From Staphylothermus marinus F1 (GTDB lineage: Archaea; Thermoproteota; Thermoprotei_A; Sulfolobales; Desulfurococcaceae), in NCBI RefSeq assembly GCF_000015945.1, contig NC_009033.1, positions 870,001 to 902,000 of the forward strand: 32,000 nt of DNA, given 5' to 3'. Under the pieces are notes generated by a model. It saw nothing but the letters and a program-made list of their open reading frames with translations, was not told the origin of the DNA and made no database searches. Shown here in pieces: positions 1-9,047 of the stretch (the first letter of the stretch is position 1; each line of letters opens with the position of its first letter). A program made the position numbers and the translations under genes.

Positions 1-2185
1 AATCATAGGTGTAGAACCTGTCGAAAAGAAGTATTTTGGAAGAAAAGTTAGTGCATTAAAAATAATAACGATGATACCGGAATATGTGAGAAAATACAGG
101 GAGAAAATCAAGTCTTTGCCTGAAGTATTAGAAGTTGTTGAGGCAGATATACGTTTTAGTATTAGATACATCATCGATCACGATCTTAGGCCTTGTGGCT
201 GGCATGTAGCAGAAGTGGTGGAAGTACCGAAAAAACCGATATACAGGGTTGATGCAGAATATGAAATAATAGGTGATATAAAGCCTTTAGAGCAAACTCT
301 CCAACCAGATTTAAGAATTATAGCGTTTGATATAGAAGTATATAATAAGTCAGGAACACCTAGACCCCAAACAGATCCTATAATAATTATTGGTATTATG
401 AACAATAATGGTGATATAAAACAGTTCCTAGCAAATAAATACGATGATAAAATTAGTGTTGAAGAGTTCGTGAACTATGTGAAAACATTTGATCCAGACA
501 TTATAGTCGGATATAATACTGACGGATTTGATTGGCCATACCTTATTGAACGATCAAAATATATCGGTGTAAAACTAGATGTAACTAGAAGAGTAGGCGC
601 AACACCTAGAACAAGCACTTACGGACACATCTCTGTGCCTGGAAGACTAAATACAGACCTATATCATTTCGCCGAGGAAATACCGGAAGTTAAAGTTAAA
701 TCTCTCGAGAATGTCGCGGAATACTTGGGAGTTATGAAGAAATCTGAGAGGGTAATTATTGAATACATAGATATCCCCAAGTACTGGGATGATGAAAAAC
801 TTAGACCAAAGCTTCTGCAATACAATATAGATGATGTTAAGTCAACATATGGTTTAGCAGAAAAATTCCTACCATTCGCTATGCAGTTATCAAACATTAC
901 AGGATTACCCCTAGATCAAGTTGGAGCTGCCAGCGTCGGTTTTAGGCTAGAATGGTATCTTATGCGTGAAGCATTCAGGTATGGAGAACTAGTACCTAAC
1001 AGGGTTGAAAGAGCGGCTGAAAGTTATCGTGGCGCAGTTGTGCTTAAACCTGTTAAAGGAGTTCATGAAAACATAGCTGTGCTAGACTTTTCAAGCATGT
1101 ATCCAAACATTATGATCAAATACAATGTTGGTCCAGACACTATTGTTCGCAACGAGAAATGTAATCCAGATAAACATAATATAGCGCCGGAAGTAGGACA
1201 TTGCTTCAGAAAAGAACCTCCTGGATTCTTTAAGAGAGTTCTTGAAACACTTCTAAGATTAAGAAAACAGATCAAGTCTGAAATGAAAAAATATCCTCCC
1301 ACAAGCTATGAGTATAGATTACTCGATGAAAGACAGAAAGCAGTAAAAGTACTAGCTAATGCAACATATGGTTATATGGGATGGATTCATGCTAGATGGT
1401 ATTGCCGAGAATGCGCAGAAGCTGTTACAGCATGGGGTAGACAAACAATAAAGTCAGCAATAGAACTTGCTAGAAAACTAGGTTTAAAAGTAATATACGG
1501 AGATACAGACTCCCTATTTGTAACATACGATAAAGATAAAGTTGAAAAACTCATAGAGCTTATTCAAACAAAGCTTGGATTCGAAATCAAAATTGACAAG
1601 ATCTATAAAAGAGTCTTCTTTACAGAAGCAAAGAAAAGATATGCAGGGCTTCTAGAGGATGGCAGAATAGATATAGTTGGCTTCGAAGCCGTTAGGGGTG
1701 ATTGGGCGGAAATAGCCAAAGAGGTCCAGGAAAAAGTAACAGAGATCCTTTTGAAGGAGAACAGTATTGATAAAGCTATAGAGTACGTGAGACAAGTAAT
1801 TGCTGATCTAAAAGCTGGAAAGATACCATTGGATAAATTAATAATATGGAAAACATTATCGAAGAGAATAGAAGAATACAGTGTGGATGCACCACACGTT
1901 GTGGCCGCGAAAAAACTCATTAAAGCAGGTATTAAGGTCAGTACAAATGATAAGATAGGATATGTAATCCTTAAAGGCGGAGGCAAAATATCTAGTAGGG
2001 CAGAACCATATATCTTCGTAAAGGATCCTAAGCTTATAGATACAGAATACTATGTCGATCACCAAATAGTTCCTGCAGCTCTTAGAATATTAAATTATTT
2101 CGGAGTTACAGAAACGCAGCTGAAGAGAGCAGCTGCTTCTGCTGGTCAAAAAAGCTTGTTTGATTTCTTTGGTGGTAAAAAATAG
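1..2185 (+). CDS. polB: Family B DNA polymerase; the 5' end is cut by the window edge
   Basis: The frame is open from base 2 (IIGVEPVEKKYFGRKVSALKIIT precedes the listed Met at 71). Exo I IAFDIEV, Exo II YNTDGFDWPYL, Exo III YNIDDV. Pol motif A DFSSMYPNIM, motif B KVLANATYGY, motif C YGDTDS. The motifs are contiguous and no intein-like insert is present. Confidence 0.95.
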   Translation, partial: IIGVEPVEKKYFGRKVSALKIITMIPEYVRKYREKIKSLPEVLEVVEADIRFSIRYIIDHDLRPCGWHVAEVVEVPKKPIYRVDAEYEIIGDIKPLEQTLQPDLRIIAFDIEVYNKSGTPRPQTDPIIIIGIMNNNGDIKQFLANKYDDKISVEEFVNYVKTFDPDIIVGYNTDGFDWPYLIERSKYIGVKLDVTRRVGATPRTSTYGHISVPGRLNTDLYHFAEEIPEVKVKSLENVAEYLGVMKKSERVIIEYIDIPKYWDDEKLRPKLLQYNIDDVKSTYGLAEKFLPFAMQLSNITGLPLDQVGAASVGFRLEWYLMREAFRYGELVPNRVERAAESYRGAVVLKPVKGVHENIAVLDFSSMYPNIMIKYNVGPDTIVRNEKCNPDKHNIAPEVGHCFRKEPPGFFKRVLETLLRLRKQIKSEMKKYPPTSYEYRLLDERQKAVKVLANATYGYMGWIHARWYCRECAEAVTAWGRQTIKSAIELARKLGLKVIYGDTDSLFVTYDKDKVEKLIELIQTKLGFEIKIDKIYKRVFFTEAKKRYAGLLEDGRIDIVGFEAVRGDWAEIAKEVQEKVTEILLKENSIDKAIEYVRQVIADLKAGKIPLDKLIIWKTLSKRIEEYSVDAPHVVAAKKLIKAGIKVSTNDKIGYVILKGGGKISSRAEPYIFVKDPKLIDTEYYVDHQIVPAALRILNYFGVTETQLKRAAASAGQKSLFDFFGGKK

Positions 2186-2193
2186 GTTTTATT

Positions 2194-3468
2194 TTACATA
2201 ATATCATTAAAGGTTAGAATCAGTATTTCTGGTGGTTTATAATTTATCCTACCTATTTTTGCCGCTATAATCATCTTTACTTTTTTCTCAGATGCCTTAT
2301 CTATTAATCTCTGCGTTATAATACCATCCATTACTATTGCTTGTACATTGTTTTCATCTAGCTCATCCAGTGTATTTACCAGGTCTCTAACAGGTAATCT
2401 CTTTACAGAATTCCATTCGTTATCATAAAGAATCGCTTCTAACGTTCCATATAGGCTCTTAATATCCTCTCTTATCCTTAAAGGTATAGATACTGCTTCA
2501 ACAACTTCTTCTACAGTCTTAGGGGGTTTAGGAACTGGTTTTTCAACTGGCTTTTTCTCTTCTACTTTGACTTGAGGCTTTATTTGTTCTGCTACTTCTC
2601 TCGCCAGCCTTTCCTGAACCTGTAACAGGTATTGTGCTTCTTTATTTCCTTGCTTGGCAAGTTTTTCTAGGTACTCCCTGGTTGGTACTGCTTTGCTTAG
2701 TGCTTCTCTTATTTCCTTACCTGTTAGTTCTTCTACTTCTCTACCTTCAGGAGCTCTAGCTATAAAGTCTACCTTTATTGTCCTTAATAGTTCCTTTAGG
2801 ATCAGGTCTCCTCCATGGTCCCCATCTAGGAACACTATTACTTTTTTCTTCTTTGCAAGGTTCTTTATTGTATTAGGTACTTTTCTAGCACCACCTAACG
2901 CTATAACGTTTGTGAACCCGTATCTTAGCAGATTGATAACATCTGCCCTTCCCTCAACTATTATTATTGTATCGCTTTCATCGACTCCTGGACCTGCAGG
3001 TAATTGTTCTGGACCATATTTTTGTGGTTCGGGAACTTTGAGTGCTTCCTGCATTTCTTTCAGTATTTCTTTAATATCTGGTGCTTTCTCCTTACTCCAC
3101 TCATGAAGTATTTCTATTGCTCTATCAATTATTTTCTTGATCTTCTCTAGTCTTACATCAATTATATCTACTACTTCTATTCTAGCACTATATGGTCCTA
3201 CCCTATCAACACTCTCTATCATTGCTGCTACAAGTGCTGTTTCTAGTCTGTCTAGGTTGCTGGGTATAATTAATTCGCCAATAGTCTTACCATTATGTAT
3301 CTTAGTCATTACTTGTATTCTTCCTATACGGTTCTTATCCTGCAAAGTTCTTAGATCGAATTGTTCTCCAAATAGTCCCTCAGTTTGCCCAAATATTGCT
3401 CCTATTATGTCGTGTTTCTCAACTACACCGTCAACTTCTACTCTTGCATTTATCAAGTATTTAGCCAT
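2194..3468 (-). CDS. dnaG: Archaeal DnaG primase-like protein (TOPRIM domain)
   Basis: N-terminus MAKYLINARVEVDGVVEKHDIIGAIFGQTEGLFG is typical of archaeal DnaG. TOPRIM residues IIIVEGRADVINLL and FLDGDHGGDLI are present. I start at the ATG at 3468 (MAKYL) rather than the ORF-track Met at 3522. Confidence 0.93.
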   Translation of the reverse strand: MAKYLINARVEVDGVVEKHDIIGAIFGQTEGLFGEQFDLRTLQDKNRIGRIQVMTKIHNGKTIGELIIPSNLDRLETALVAAMIESVDRVGPYSARIEVVDIIDVRLEKIKKIIDRAIEILHEWSKEKAPDIKEILKEMQEALKVPEPQKYGPEQLPAGPGVDESDTIIIVEGRADVINLLRYGFTNVIALGGARKVPNTIKNLAKKKKVIVFLDGDHGGDLILKELLRTIKVDFIARAPEGREVEELTGKEIREALSKAVPTREYLEKLAKQGNKEAQYLLQVQERLAREVAEQIKPQVKVEEKKPVEKPVPKPPKTVEEVVEAVSIPLRIREDIKSLYGTLEAILYDNEWNSVKRLPVRDLVNTLDELDENNVQAIVMDGIITQRLIDKASEKKVKMIIAAKIGRINYKPPEILILTFNDIM

Positions 3469-3844
3469 ATAGATCACCATACTACTACTTGTTATCATAG
3501 TAAATGTGATGTGCGGGAACAACTTTGCTAATTATTAATAAACGTTAATTTGTTGCACACTATATTAAATCTATGCAATTGCCTACGTATTATTTTTTGT
3601 TTATTATGTAATGCAATAATATCTGCGTATAATTTCTTCTCTCAGAGGGGATTATTGGAGCTATGCAAAGACCACAGTTGAGTTCTTCATTTACAATCCT
3701 AAATCAAATCATAAGTATCAATAACATAACATATAGAAAACCACTTAAAGTTTTCAAAAGAACAAAAATACTTAAATCCGTCCTCCTATGTAGGGAAAAC
3801 ATTTTATTCATAGCTGAATAGCTAAATATACAAGTGTTTTAAGA

Positions 3845-4942
3845 TTAACGAGTTATTTTTGTCTTTAACAATGTCTCGAGAATTTCTCTAGCCTCCGGGT
3901 CTGTTCTTAGTTTTTTCCTTATTGGTTCGAGGAGTTTGTTTAGTGCTTCAGCTGTAGCGTTTTTTAGGTCTAGCGGATGTATTTTTCCCTCAACATATAG
4001 TTTCTCTAGTTCATCGTATGATTCAATAGTTATTGGTCCACCATATTTTTCCGGACGATCTATGTATAATTTGAATCCTGGTGTTGCAAATAATAGGTAT
4101 TTATTGATCTCTATTATCGGGTTAAACATTGTTTCGCGTGGAGGACAATATGCTTTTCTGATCTTAGCTCTTATTTCTTCCGGTGGATCATGAACAAATA
4201 TTGCTGTTTCTGGTTTGCTCTTACTCATCTTATGTGTAGCATATACTTCGTCAATCTCTCCAACAATATCCATTCTCCTACCTGGTCCTTTCAAACCAGT
4301 TATTATTGGTGTATGGATAGCAACAGGTTTTTTTCTACCTATTTTCTCAGCAATATCTCTTGCTAACATATGGGCTTTTCTCTGATCAGTTCCTCCCAAC
4401 GCAATATCTAGGTCTAAATAGAATATGTCACTGACTTGCATTAATGGATATATTAGTTTTGAAAAATCAGTTTCTGCTTCTTCACTTTTCCTACCCATTA
4501 TTGTGAGCGCTCTCTTCACTCTAGCTAAACTAACATTTTTAGCTGAACGGACAAGTATTCCCCAATAATCCTTATCCGATACTAGTTCTTCGGCATCAAC
4601 AAACTTTATCTTAGAAACATCTATTCCAAAACCCTCCATTACTTTTCTAACAAGTCTAGCAGCTTTCCGTATAAGATCCATGTCTCCTCCTAGTTTATCA
4701 TTTATGTAAGCATGCCACGTAGCTTCTAATATATAGAAATCAACACCCGCCTCTAACAGGTCTCTAACCTTATTCATCCATACAAGCCATCCAACATGGA
4801 CAAGACCACTGGGTTCGAAACCAATATATCCTCTGGGATGTTCTTTTTCCTCAAAAACTTTCTTTAAATCTTCAAGAGTAATAACTTCAACTGTATTTCT
4901 CGACGCCAACTTAATTTTATCATTTACATCCATCGACGCCAC
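3845..4942 (-). CDS. tyrS: Tyrosyl-tRNA synthetase (archaeal type)
   Basis: Class I signatures GFEPSGLVHVGW (HIGH-like) and KMSKSKPE. There is close colinearity with my recollection of M. jannaschii TyrRS (YIGFEPSG, IYPLMQV, GGTDQRK.HMLARD, PEEIRAKIRKAYCP, HPLDLKNA, LEPIRKKL). Confidence 0.93.
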   Translation of the reverse strand: MASMDVNDKIKLASRNTVEVITLEDLKKVFEEKEHPRGYIGFEPSGLVHVGWLVWMNKVRDLLEAGVDFYILEATWHAYINDKLGGDMDLIRKAARLVRKVMEGFGIDVSKIKFVDAEELVSDKDYWGILVRSAKNVSLARVKRALTIMGRKSEEAETDFSKLIYPLMQVSDIFYLDLDIALGGTDQRKAHMLARDIAEKIGRKKPVAIHTPIITGLKGPGRRMDIVGEIDEVYATHKMSKSKPETAIFVHDPPEEIRAKIRKAYCPPRETMFNPIIEINKYLLFATPGFKLYIDRPEKYGGPITIESYDELEKLYVEGKIHPLDLKNATAEALNKLLEPIRKKLRTDPEAREILETLLKTKITR

Positions 4943-5123
4943 CCATAATGTTGCTTATAAAAACACTCTAACATTCAACATATAGGTGAAGACATATAAA
5001 TATACAGCTTCATAATCTTAGAATCAATATTCGAACACTTATTTACTAGTAATTACTATACCTTATAAAGGTTCAATATATACTTAATCACTTGGAAAAA
5101 ATAGATTTATCAACATTATCTAG

Positions 5124-5149
5124 TTAGAAAACAATCGATTGTTTTCTAA
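5124..5149. repeat. Perfect 26-bp palindrome TTAGAAAACAATC|GATTGTTTTCTAA
   Basis: Read directly from the sequence. The two 13-nt halves are exact reverse complements centred on ATCGAT. It abuts an AAATATAAGAAT TATA-like run (5148-5160) and lies about 30 nt from the GC-rich RNA element. Confidence 0.6.
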
Positions 5150-5190
5150 AATATAAGAATAACTATAGTTTTGTTCTCCGCATAACCCTG

Positions 5191-5306
5191 TTATGTCGGC
5201 CCTTTAGGGAGTGTCCCCCACTACTAACACCCGTAGTCACTGAAGCCATTGATCGGCACATCTCCTACGGGCTCTTAATAGTGGGGGCGGGGCTGCTCCC
5301 CGGGCC
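5191..5306 (-). ncRNA. GC-rich structured small RNA, H/ACA-guide-like (unassigned)
   Basis: This is a sharp GC-rich island in AT-rich intergenic DNA. On the minus strand: P1 CCCCCACUA (5287-5279) pairs with UAGUGGGGG (5223-5215), followed directly by ACA (5214-5212). The internal loop is UUAAGAG (5278-5272) / UGUUAG (5229-5224). P2 CCCGUAG (5271-5265) pairs with CUACGGG (5236-5230). Tandem GA/GA (5264-5263 and 5238-5237) with a 3-nt bulge is K-turn-like. The apical stem is GCC/GGC. Outer stems GGGAG/CUCCC and GGCCC/GGGCC are followed by a second ACA (5196-5194). Strand and ends are inferred. Confidence 0.45.
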
Positions 5307-5354
5307 TATATTAAGTGATGTTGTAAAAAAGGTTTTTATTTAACGCTAACAGTT

Positions 5355-6041
5355 TTATGGATACGTGAATGTTTCGCCTGGTTTTAAAATTACCACTTTT
5401 GTAGGAGTTGTTGATTCTACGAGTTTCTTGAATTCCTCGGGATCAGCTTTTATTGGTGTAAATGTGTTGTAATGCATTGGTATGGCTATTTTTGGCCTTA
5501 TAAGTTGGACTGCTTTAACTGCTTCTTTAACGCCCATAGTATAATGTCCTCCGATTGGTAGCAATGCTATGTCTGGACCATATAGTTCTCCGATCAAGCT
5601 CATCTCCATGAATAATCCTGTGTCACCAGCATGATATATTGTTACATCTTTTCCTCCGACAACAACGCCTGTGGGTGCTCCTCTATTACTGCTATGCCAT
5701 GCAGGTGTTAATACGGCAAAAAGATCTGGTATATTCAGTTTCCCTCCAATATTACCATCAATACTTTGAACACCTTTTTCTCGAGCATATAATGCGATTT
5801 CAAATATTCCAACAATTTTTGCTCCAGTCTCCTTAGCTATCTCAATAGCGTTTCCCAGATGATCACCGTGATCATGTGTTACGAATATATAGTCTATTTT
5901 TCTATTCTTATAATCACTTAGCTTTACAGGACTCAATGGATTCTCTATCCATGGATCAATAAGAATTGTTTTCTCCGCCCCATCAAGGCCTGTCAAGACT
6001 ATTTCGAAGGCTGAATGCCCTAAGTATTTAATGATCGCCAT
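5355..6041 (-). CDS. Metallo-beta-lactamase-fold hydrolase (UPF0173-type metal-dependent hydrolase)
   Basis: MAIIKYLGHSAFEI start, the THDHGDHLG zinc-binding motif, downstream H/D ligands (AWHSS, HAGDTG, PMHYNTF), and a ~228 aa size typical of this family. Confidence 0.85.
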   Translation of the reverse strand: MAIIKYLGHSAFEIVLTGLDGAEKTILIDPWIENPLSPVKLSDYKNRKIDYIFVTHDHGDHLGNAIEIAKETGAKIVGIFEIALYAREKGVQSIDGNIGGKLNIPDLFAVLTPAWHSSNRGAPTGVVVGGKDVTIYHAGDTGLFMEMSLIGELYGPDIALLPIGGHYTMGVKEAVKAVQLIRPKIAIPMHYNTFTPIKADPEEFKKLVESTTPTKVVILKPGETFTYP

Positions 6042-6273
6042 GATAAATTCCTCCCCCCTATAGATTTTTTCTATGATAACATAATGTAAAATGAGGCATT
6101 TATAGCTAAATCATTGATTCATTGAAAAATCCAGAGTTAACTATCCGTTGATCAGGTTGGAGCCTTAGACAATCCTATTTCTCATTCACCAATATATCGA
6201 AAATCTATAAGCTCATATATAGTATTAAATTATACATTAATAAAATCGAACTGGTTGAAGAAACATTGTTGAG

Positions 6274-7191
6274 ATGGGAACAAATATGTCGTTATCAGAA
6301 GAAGCTATATCCAAGCTGTTAAAAGCTGGAGAAATAGCCAAAAAAGTTAGGGAGGAGGCTGCTAGAATAGCTGAGCCTGGCATGAAACTATTTGAACTCG
6401 CAGAATATGTTGAAAGAAGAATAAGAGAACTTGGAGGCGAGCCGGCCTTCCCTGTTAATCTAAGTATTAATGAAGTTGCTGCTCATTATACTCCTGTCGT
6501 GGATGATAATACTATTATACCTGATAATGCTGTTCTCAAAATAGATCTTGGAGTACATATTGATGGATACATAGCTGATACTTCTGTCACCGTTGCCTTT
6601 AACCCTGTATATGAGAGCCTTCTCGAAGCTAGTAGAATGGCGCTTGAAAAAGCGCTTGAAATAGTTGGGCCAGGAATAAGGGTTAATACGATTGGGAAAG
6701 TTATTGAGGAAACAATTACTTCTTATGGATACAAACCTATTAGAAACCTTTCTGGACACAGTATTGATCGCTACCTTATACATGCTGGTAAAAGCATACC
6801 TAACTATAATGATTTATTTACACGTTGGAAACTAGTAGAGGGAGTATATGCTATAGAGCCCTTTGCAACAAACGGTGTTGGGCTTGTGAGGGAAGGACCA
6901 ATAGCTACAATATATTCTCTTACACCACGCAGAAGAACCCATTTAACACTTTATGAGAAGAAATTATTTGATAAAATATGGAGTGAGCGTAGAACACTGC
7001 CATTCTGTGAGAGATGGTATGTTGGATTATTCAATAGTGTTGAAGGTTTAAGGAATACTTTAAGGATGATGCAGAAACATAGAGTAATATATGCTTATCC
7101 AGTTCTTATAGAAAGAGGCGGAGGCTTGGTTTCACAGTTTGAACATACATTCATTATACATGGAAAAGACGTTATTGTTACAACTAAATAA
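6274..7191 (+). CDS. map: Methionine aminopeptidase, type 2
   Basis: AAHYTP, DLGVHIDGYIAD, SGHSIDRY, YAIEPFAT and FEHTFI metal-ligand and pita-bread motifs. An alternative start at Met5 (6286) is possible. Confidence 0.93.
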   Translation: MGTNMSLSEEAISKLLKAGEIAKKVREEAARIAEPGMKLFELAEYVERRIRELGGEPAFPVNLSINEVAAHYTPVVDDNTIIPDNAVLKIDLGVHIDGYIADTSVTVAFNPVYESLLEASRMALEKALEIVGPGIRVNTIGKVIEETITSYGYKPIRNLSGHSIDRYLIHAGKSIPNYNDLFTRWKLVEGVYAIEPFATNGVGLVREGPIATIYSLTPRRRTHLTLYEKKLFDKIWSERRTLPFCERWYVGLFNSVEGLRNTLRMMQKHRVIYAYPVLIERGGGLVSQFEHTFIIHGKDVIVTTK

Positions 7192-7284
7192 ATATTATAG
7201 CCAAATATATATGGGTCTATATAATGTCATGTTTTTTTGATATACTGCAAAAACATATAGGTTGTGTAGGAGGAGAATAATAGG

Positions 7285-8382
7285 TTGCCGGATACTGACT
7301 GGGGAACACTTATAACACAGTTGATCTGGTTGTTGTTCTTTATAATGATATTTACAGGTGCTAATCAGAAGATCCAGATGAAGCTTTGGAGTATTGATAT
7401 AAGAAATAAGCTTTCAATTATTAAGAGATATATTGATGAAGATCATGCACGTATAGAGAATATTTTAAAGAATCTAGGTGTTCAAACCCCTTCAGTACTG
7501 ATTAAGCGTGCAAATAATTTTTTCACAATAGACCCTGTAACTATAGAGCCAACAGACATTATTAAGCGTATGGAGCACTTGATACGAACTAGTGATAAGA
7601 GTTTTAGAAAACTAGTCTCCCTATACTTGCCTAACCTAGATAAACATGAGAGAAGCCTTGTTGAAACAAGTATTTCCATACTTAGTACTTTAAACCTAAT
7701 ATATAAGGTGATCAAACACTACTTGATCAGTAGTGAGAAAGAAAATAACTGGGTTCTACTAATGCAGCTTGAACTAATTATGCCCCAGATAATGAAGCTT
7801 GTTGAAACATATCATGAAGCTCTAGACCCGTTTACCACGGGCAAGCCTATAGGTGATGGAGCAGGCCCATTAATAGCCCATAGAATAATCGAAGATGGAA
7901 GAGTTGTTTCGAAAAAAGTCGTCGAGGATACAAGTATTACTGAGGTTTGGCTAGATGATAGAAGAATATTTGTTATAAAAGCTGAGGGGCCGGGAAGCAA
8001 TGTGGGTAGACCTGGATACATTTTAGCAAAACTTGTCGATGAGTTGAGAGGCAGTGTTGATTTAATAATTACTATTGATGCAGCTCTTAAGCTTGAAAGT
8101 GAGGAGAGAGGTGAAATTGCTGAAGGGGTTGGTGCAGCTATAGGTGATCCAGGACCCGAGAAAATAGCTATTGAAAGAGCCGCAACAAAATATGGAATCC
8201 CATTAAGAGCCTTAGTTGTTAAGATGGATCTCGGAGACGCCATATACACTATGAAGAAGGATATATATGAAGCATGTGAGAGAGCATATGAGTATGTTAG
8301 AAAACTTGTTAAGGAATTGACAACACCTAAATCAACAATAATAATTGCAGGAATAGGAAACACCATGGGTGTGCCTGGATGA
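7285..8382 (+). CDS. Conserved hypothetical protein with an N-terminal TM helix (possibly the archaeal DUF1512 family)
   Basis: Long ORF with a TTG start preceded by GGAGGAG (7269-7275). It has a hydrophobic N-terminus LITQLIWLLFFIMIFTG and a Gly-rich C-terminal domain (GDGAGPLIAHR, AEGPGSNVGRPG, GVGAAIGDPGPEK). The family assignment is from memory only. Confidence 0.7.
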   Translation: MPDTDWGTLITQLIWLLFFIMIFTGANQKIQMKLWSIDIRNKLSIIKRYIDEDHARIENILKNLGVQTPSVLIKRANNFFTIDPVTIEPTDIIKRMEHLIRTSDKSFRKLVSLYLPNLDKHERSLVETSISILSTLNLIYKVIKHYLISSEKENNWVLLMQLELIMPQIMKLVETYHEALDPFTTGKPIGDGAGPLIAHRIIEDGRVVSKKVVEDTSITEVWLDDRRIFVIKAEGPGSNVGRPGYILAKLVDELRGSVDLIITIDAALKLESEERGEIAEGVGAAIGDPGPEKIAIERAATKYGIPLRALVVKMDLGDAIYTMKKDIYEACERAYEYVRKLVKELTTPKSTIIIAGIGNTMGVPG

Positions 8383-8651
8383 ACATGGATATAAATACAA
8401 TACTATACACCACATTAATTGGAGCAATAATTATGGCAATATATCTATATATGGAAGCAAGGAGGAAACCAAAGAAACCAGAATATAAAACAATAGAAAT
8501 ACTAGAATGCACCAAATGTGGCTATAAAATAGAAAAAGAATATGAACCAGGCGACTTCATCGGAATGATCAAAGGAAAATGTCCTAAATGCAACTCACCA
8601 ATGAAGATAAAAGCAATATACGCAGTAGAAAAGACACCAAGTAAAACTTAA
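8379..8651 (+). CDS. Small membrane-anchored C4 zinc-ribbon protein
   Basis: ATGA start/stop overlap with the upstream gene. N-terminal TM helix ILYTTLIGAIIMAIYLYM, then CTKCGY...17 aa...CPKCNS. Confidence 0.7.
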   Translation: MNMDINTILYTTLIGAIIMAIYLYMEARRKPKKPEYKTIEILECTKCGYKIEKEYEPGDFIGMIKGKCPKCNSPMKIKAIYAVEKTPSKT

Positions 8652-8680
8652 AAACACCCATATAATTAAATTATGAAACA

Positions 8681-8812
8681 GCGGCCCGACCCGGCCATAG
8701 TGGCCGGGCAACACCCGGTCTCATATCGAACCCGGAAGTTAAGCCGGCCACGTTGGGGTGGGCCGTGAGGTCCGAGAGGCCTCGCAGCCGCCCCAAGCTG
8801 GGATCGGGCCGC
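8681..8812 (+). rRNA. 5S ribosomal RNA
   Basis: GC-rich island. Helix I is GCGGCCCGA...UCGGGCCGC. Conserved 5S strings are present: CCGGUCUCAUAUCGAACCCGGAAGUUAAGCC and CCAAGCUGGGAU. No 16S or 23S rRNA gene lies within this window. Confidence 0.95.
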
Positions 8813-8833
8813 TACTACTTCTTAGCCCTTGCG

Positions 8834-8838
8834 TTTTT
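8834..8838 (+). terminator. T5 run downstream of the 5S rRNA
   Basis: GCGTTTTTG lies about 22 nt after the 5S 3' end, preceded by a pyrimidine-rich CTACTTCTT. Archaeal terminators are oligo-T tracts. Confidence 0.35.
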
Positions 8839-9047
8839 GACTACAAACATTGTTTCTATGATCTAAATAATCTAAAATACGTGAAGTAAATCAATATATT
8901 TAGATCTTTAGAATATTTCGAATTATATATTCTTCTTTCCTTTTATTTTTCCTTATATAAGGTAAAAACAAATTTCCACCCCGAAAATCTTTATTTTTCA
9001 TACCCTTATTCTCTTCTTTAAACATTAGTTTTGAAAATAGGGTAGAA

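Noticed and set aside
71-2185. An intein or split in the family B polymerase.
   Set aside because: The exonuclease and polymerase motifs occur in normal order and spacing, with no extra insert. Only the N-terminus is missing, because of the window edge.
3469-3522. An 18-codon N-terminal extension of dnaG (MFPHITFTMITSSSMVIY).
   Set aside because: Archaeal DnaG proteins begin at the MAKYLI-type sequence, and the extension has no counterpart I recognise.
5170-5310. The GC-rich RNA could be SRP (7S) RNA, RNase P RNA or an intron-containing tRNA.
   Set aside because: The GC-rich segment is only ~130 nt, far short of SRP or RNase P RNAs. No T-arm GTTCRAATC, D-arm or cloverleaf can be drawn on either strand.
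8681-8812. A 5S rRNA gene with no 16S or 23S rRNA gene in the window, as a possible anomaly.
   Set aside because: An unlinked 5S gene is the normal arrangement in Crenarchaeota, so this is not unusual.
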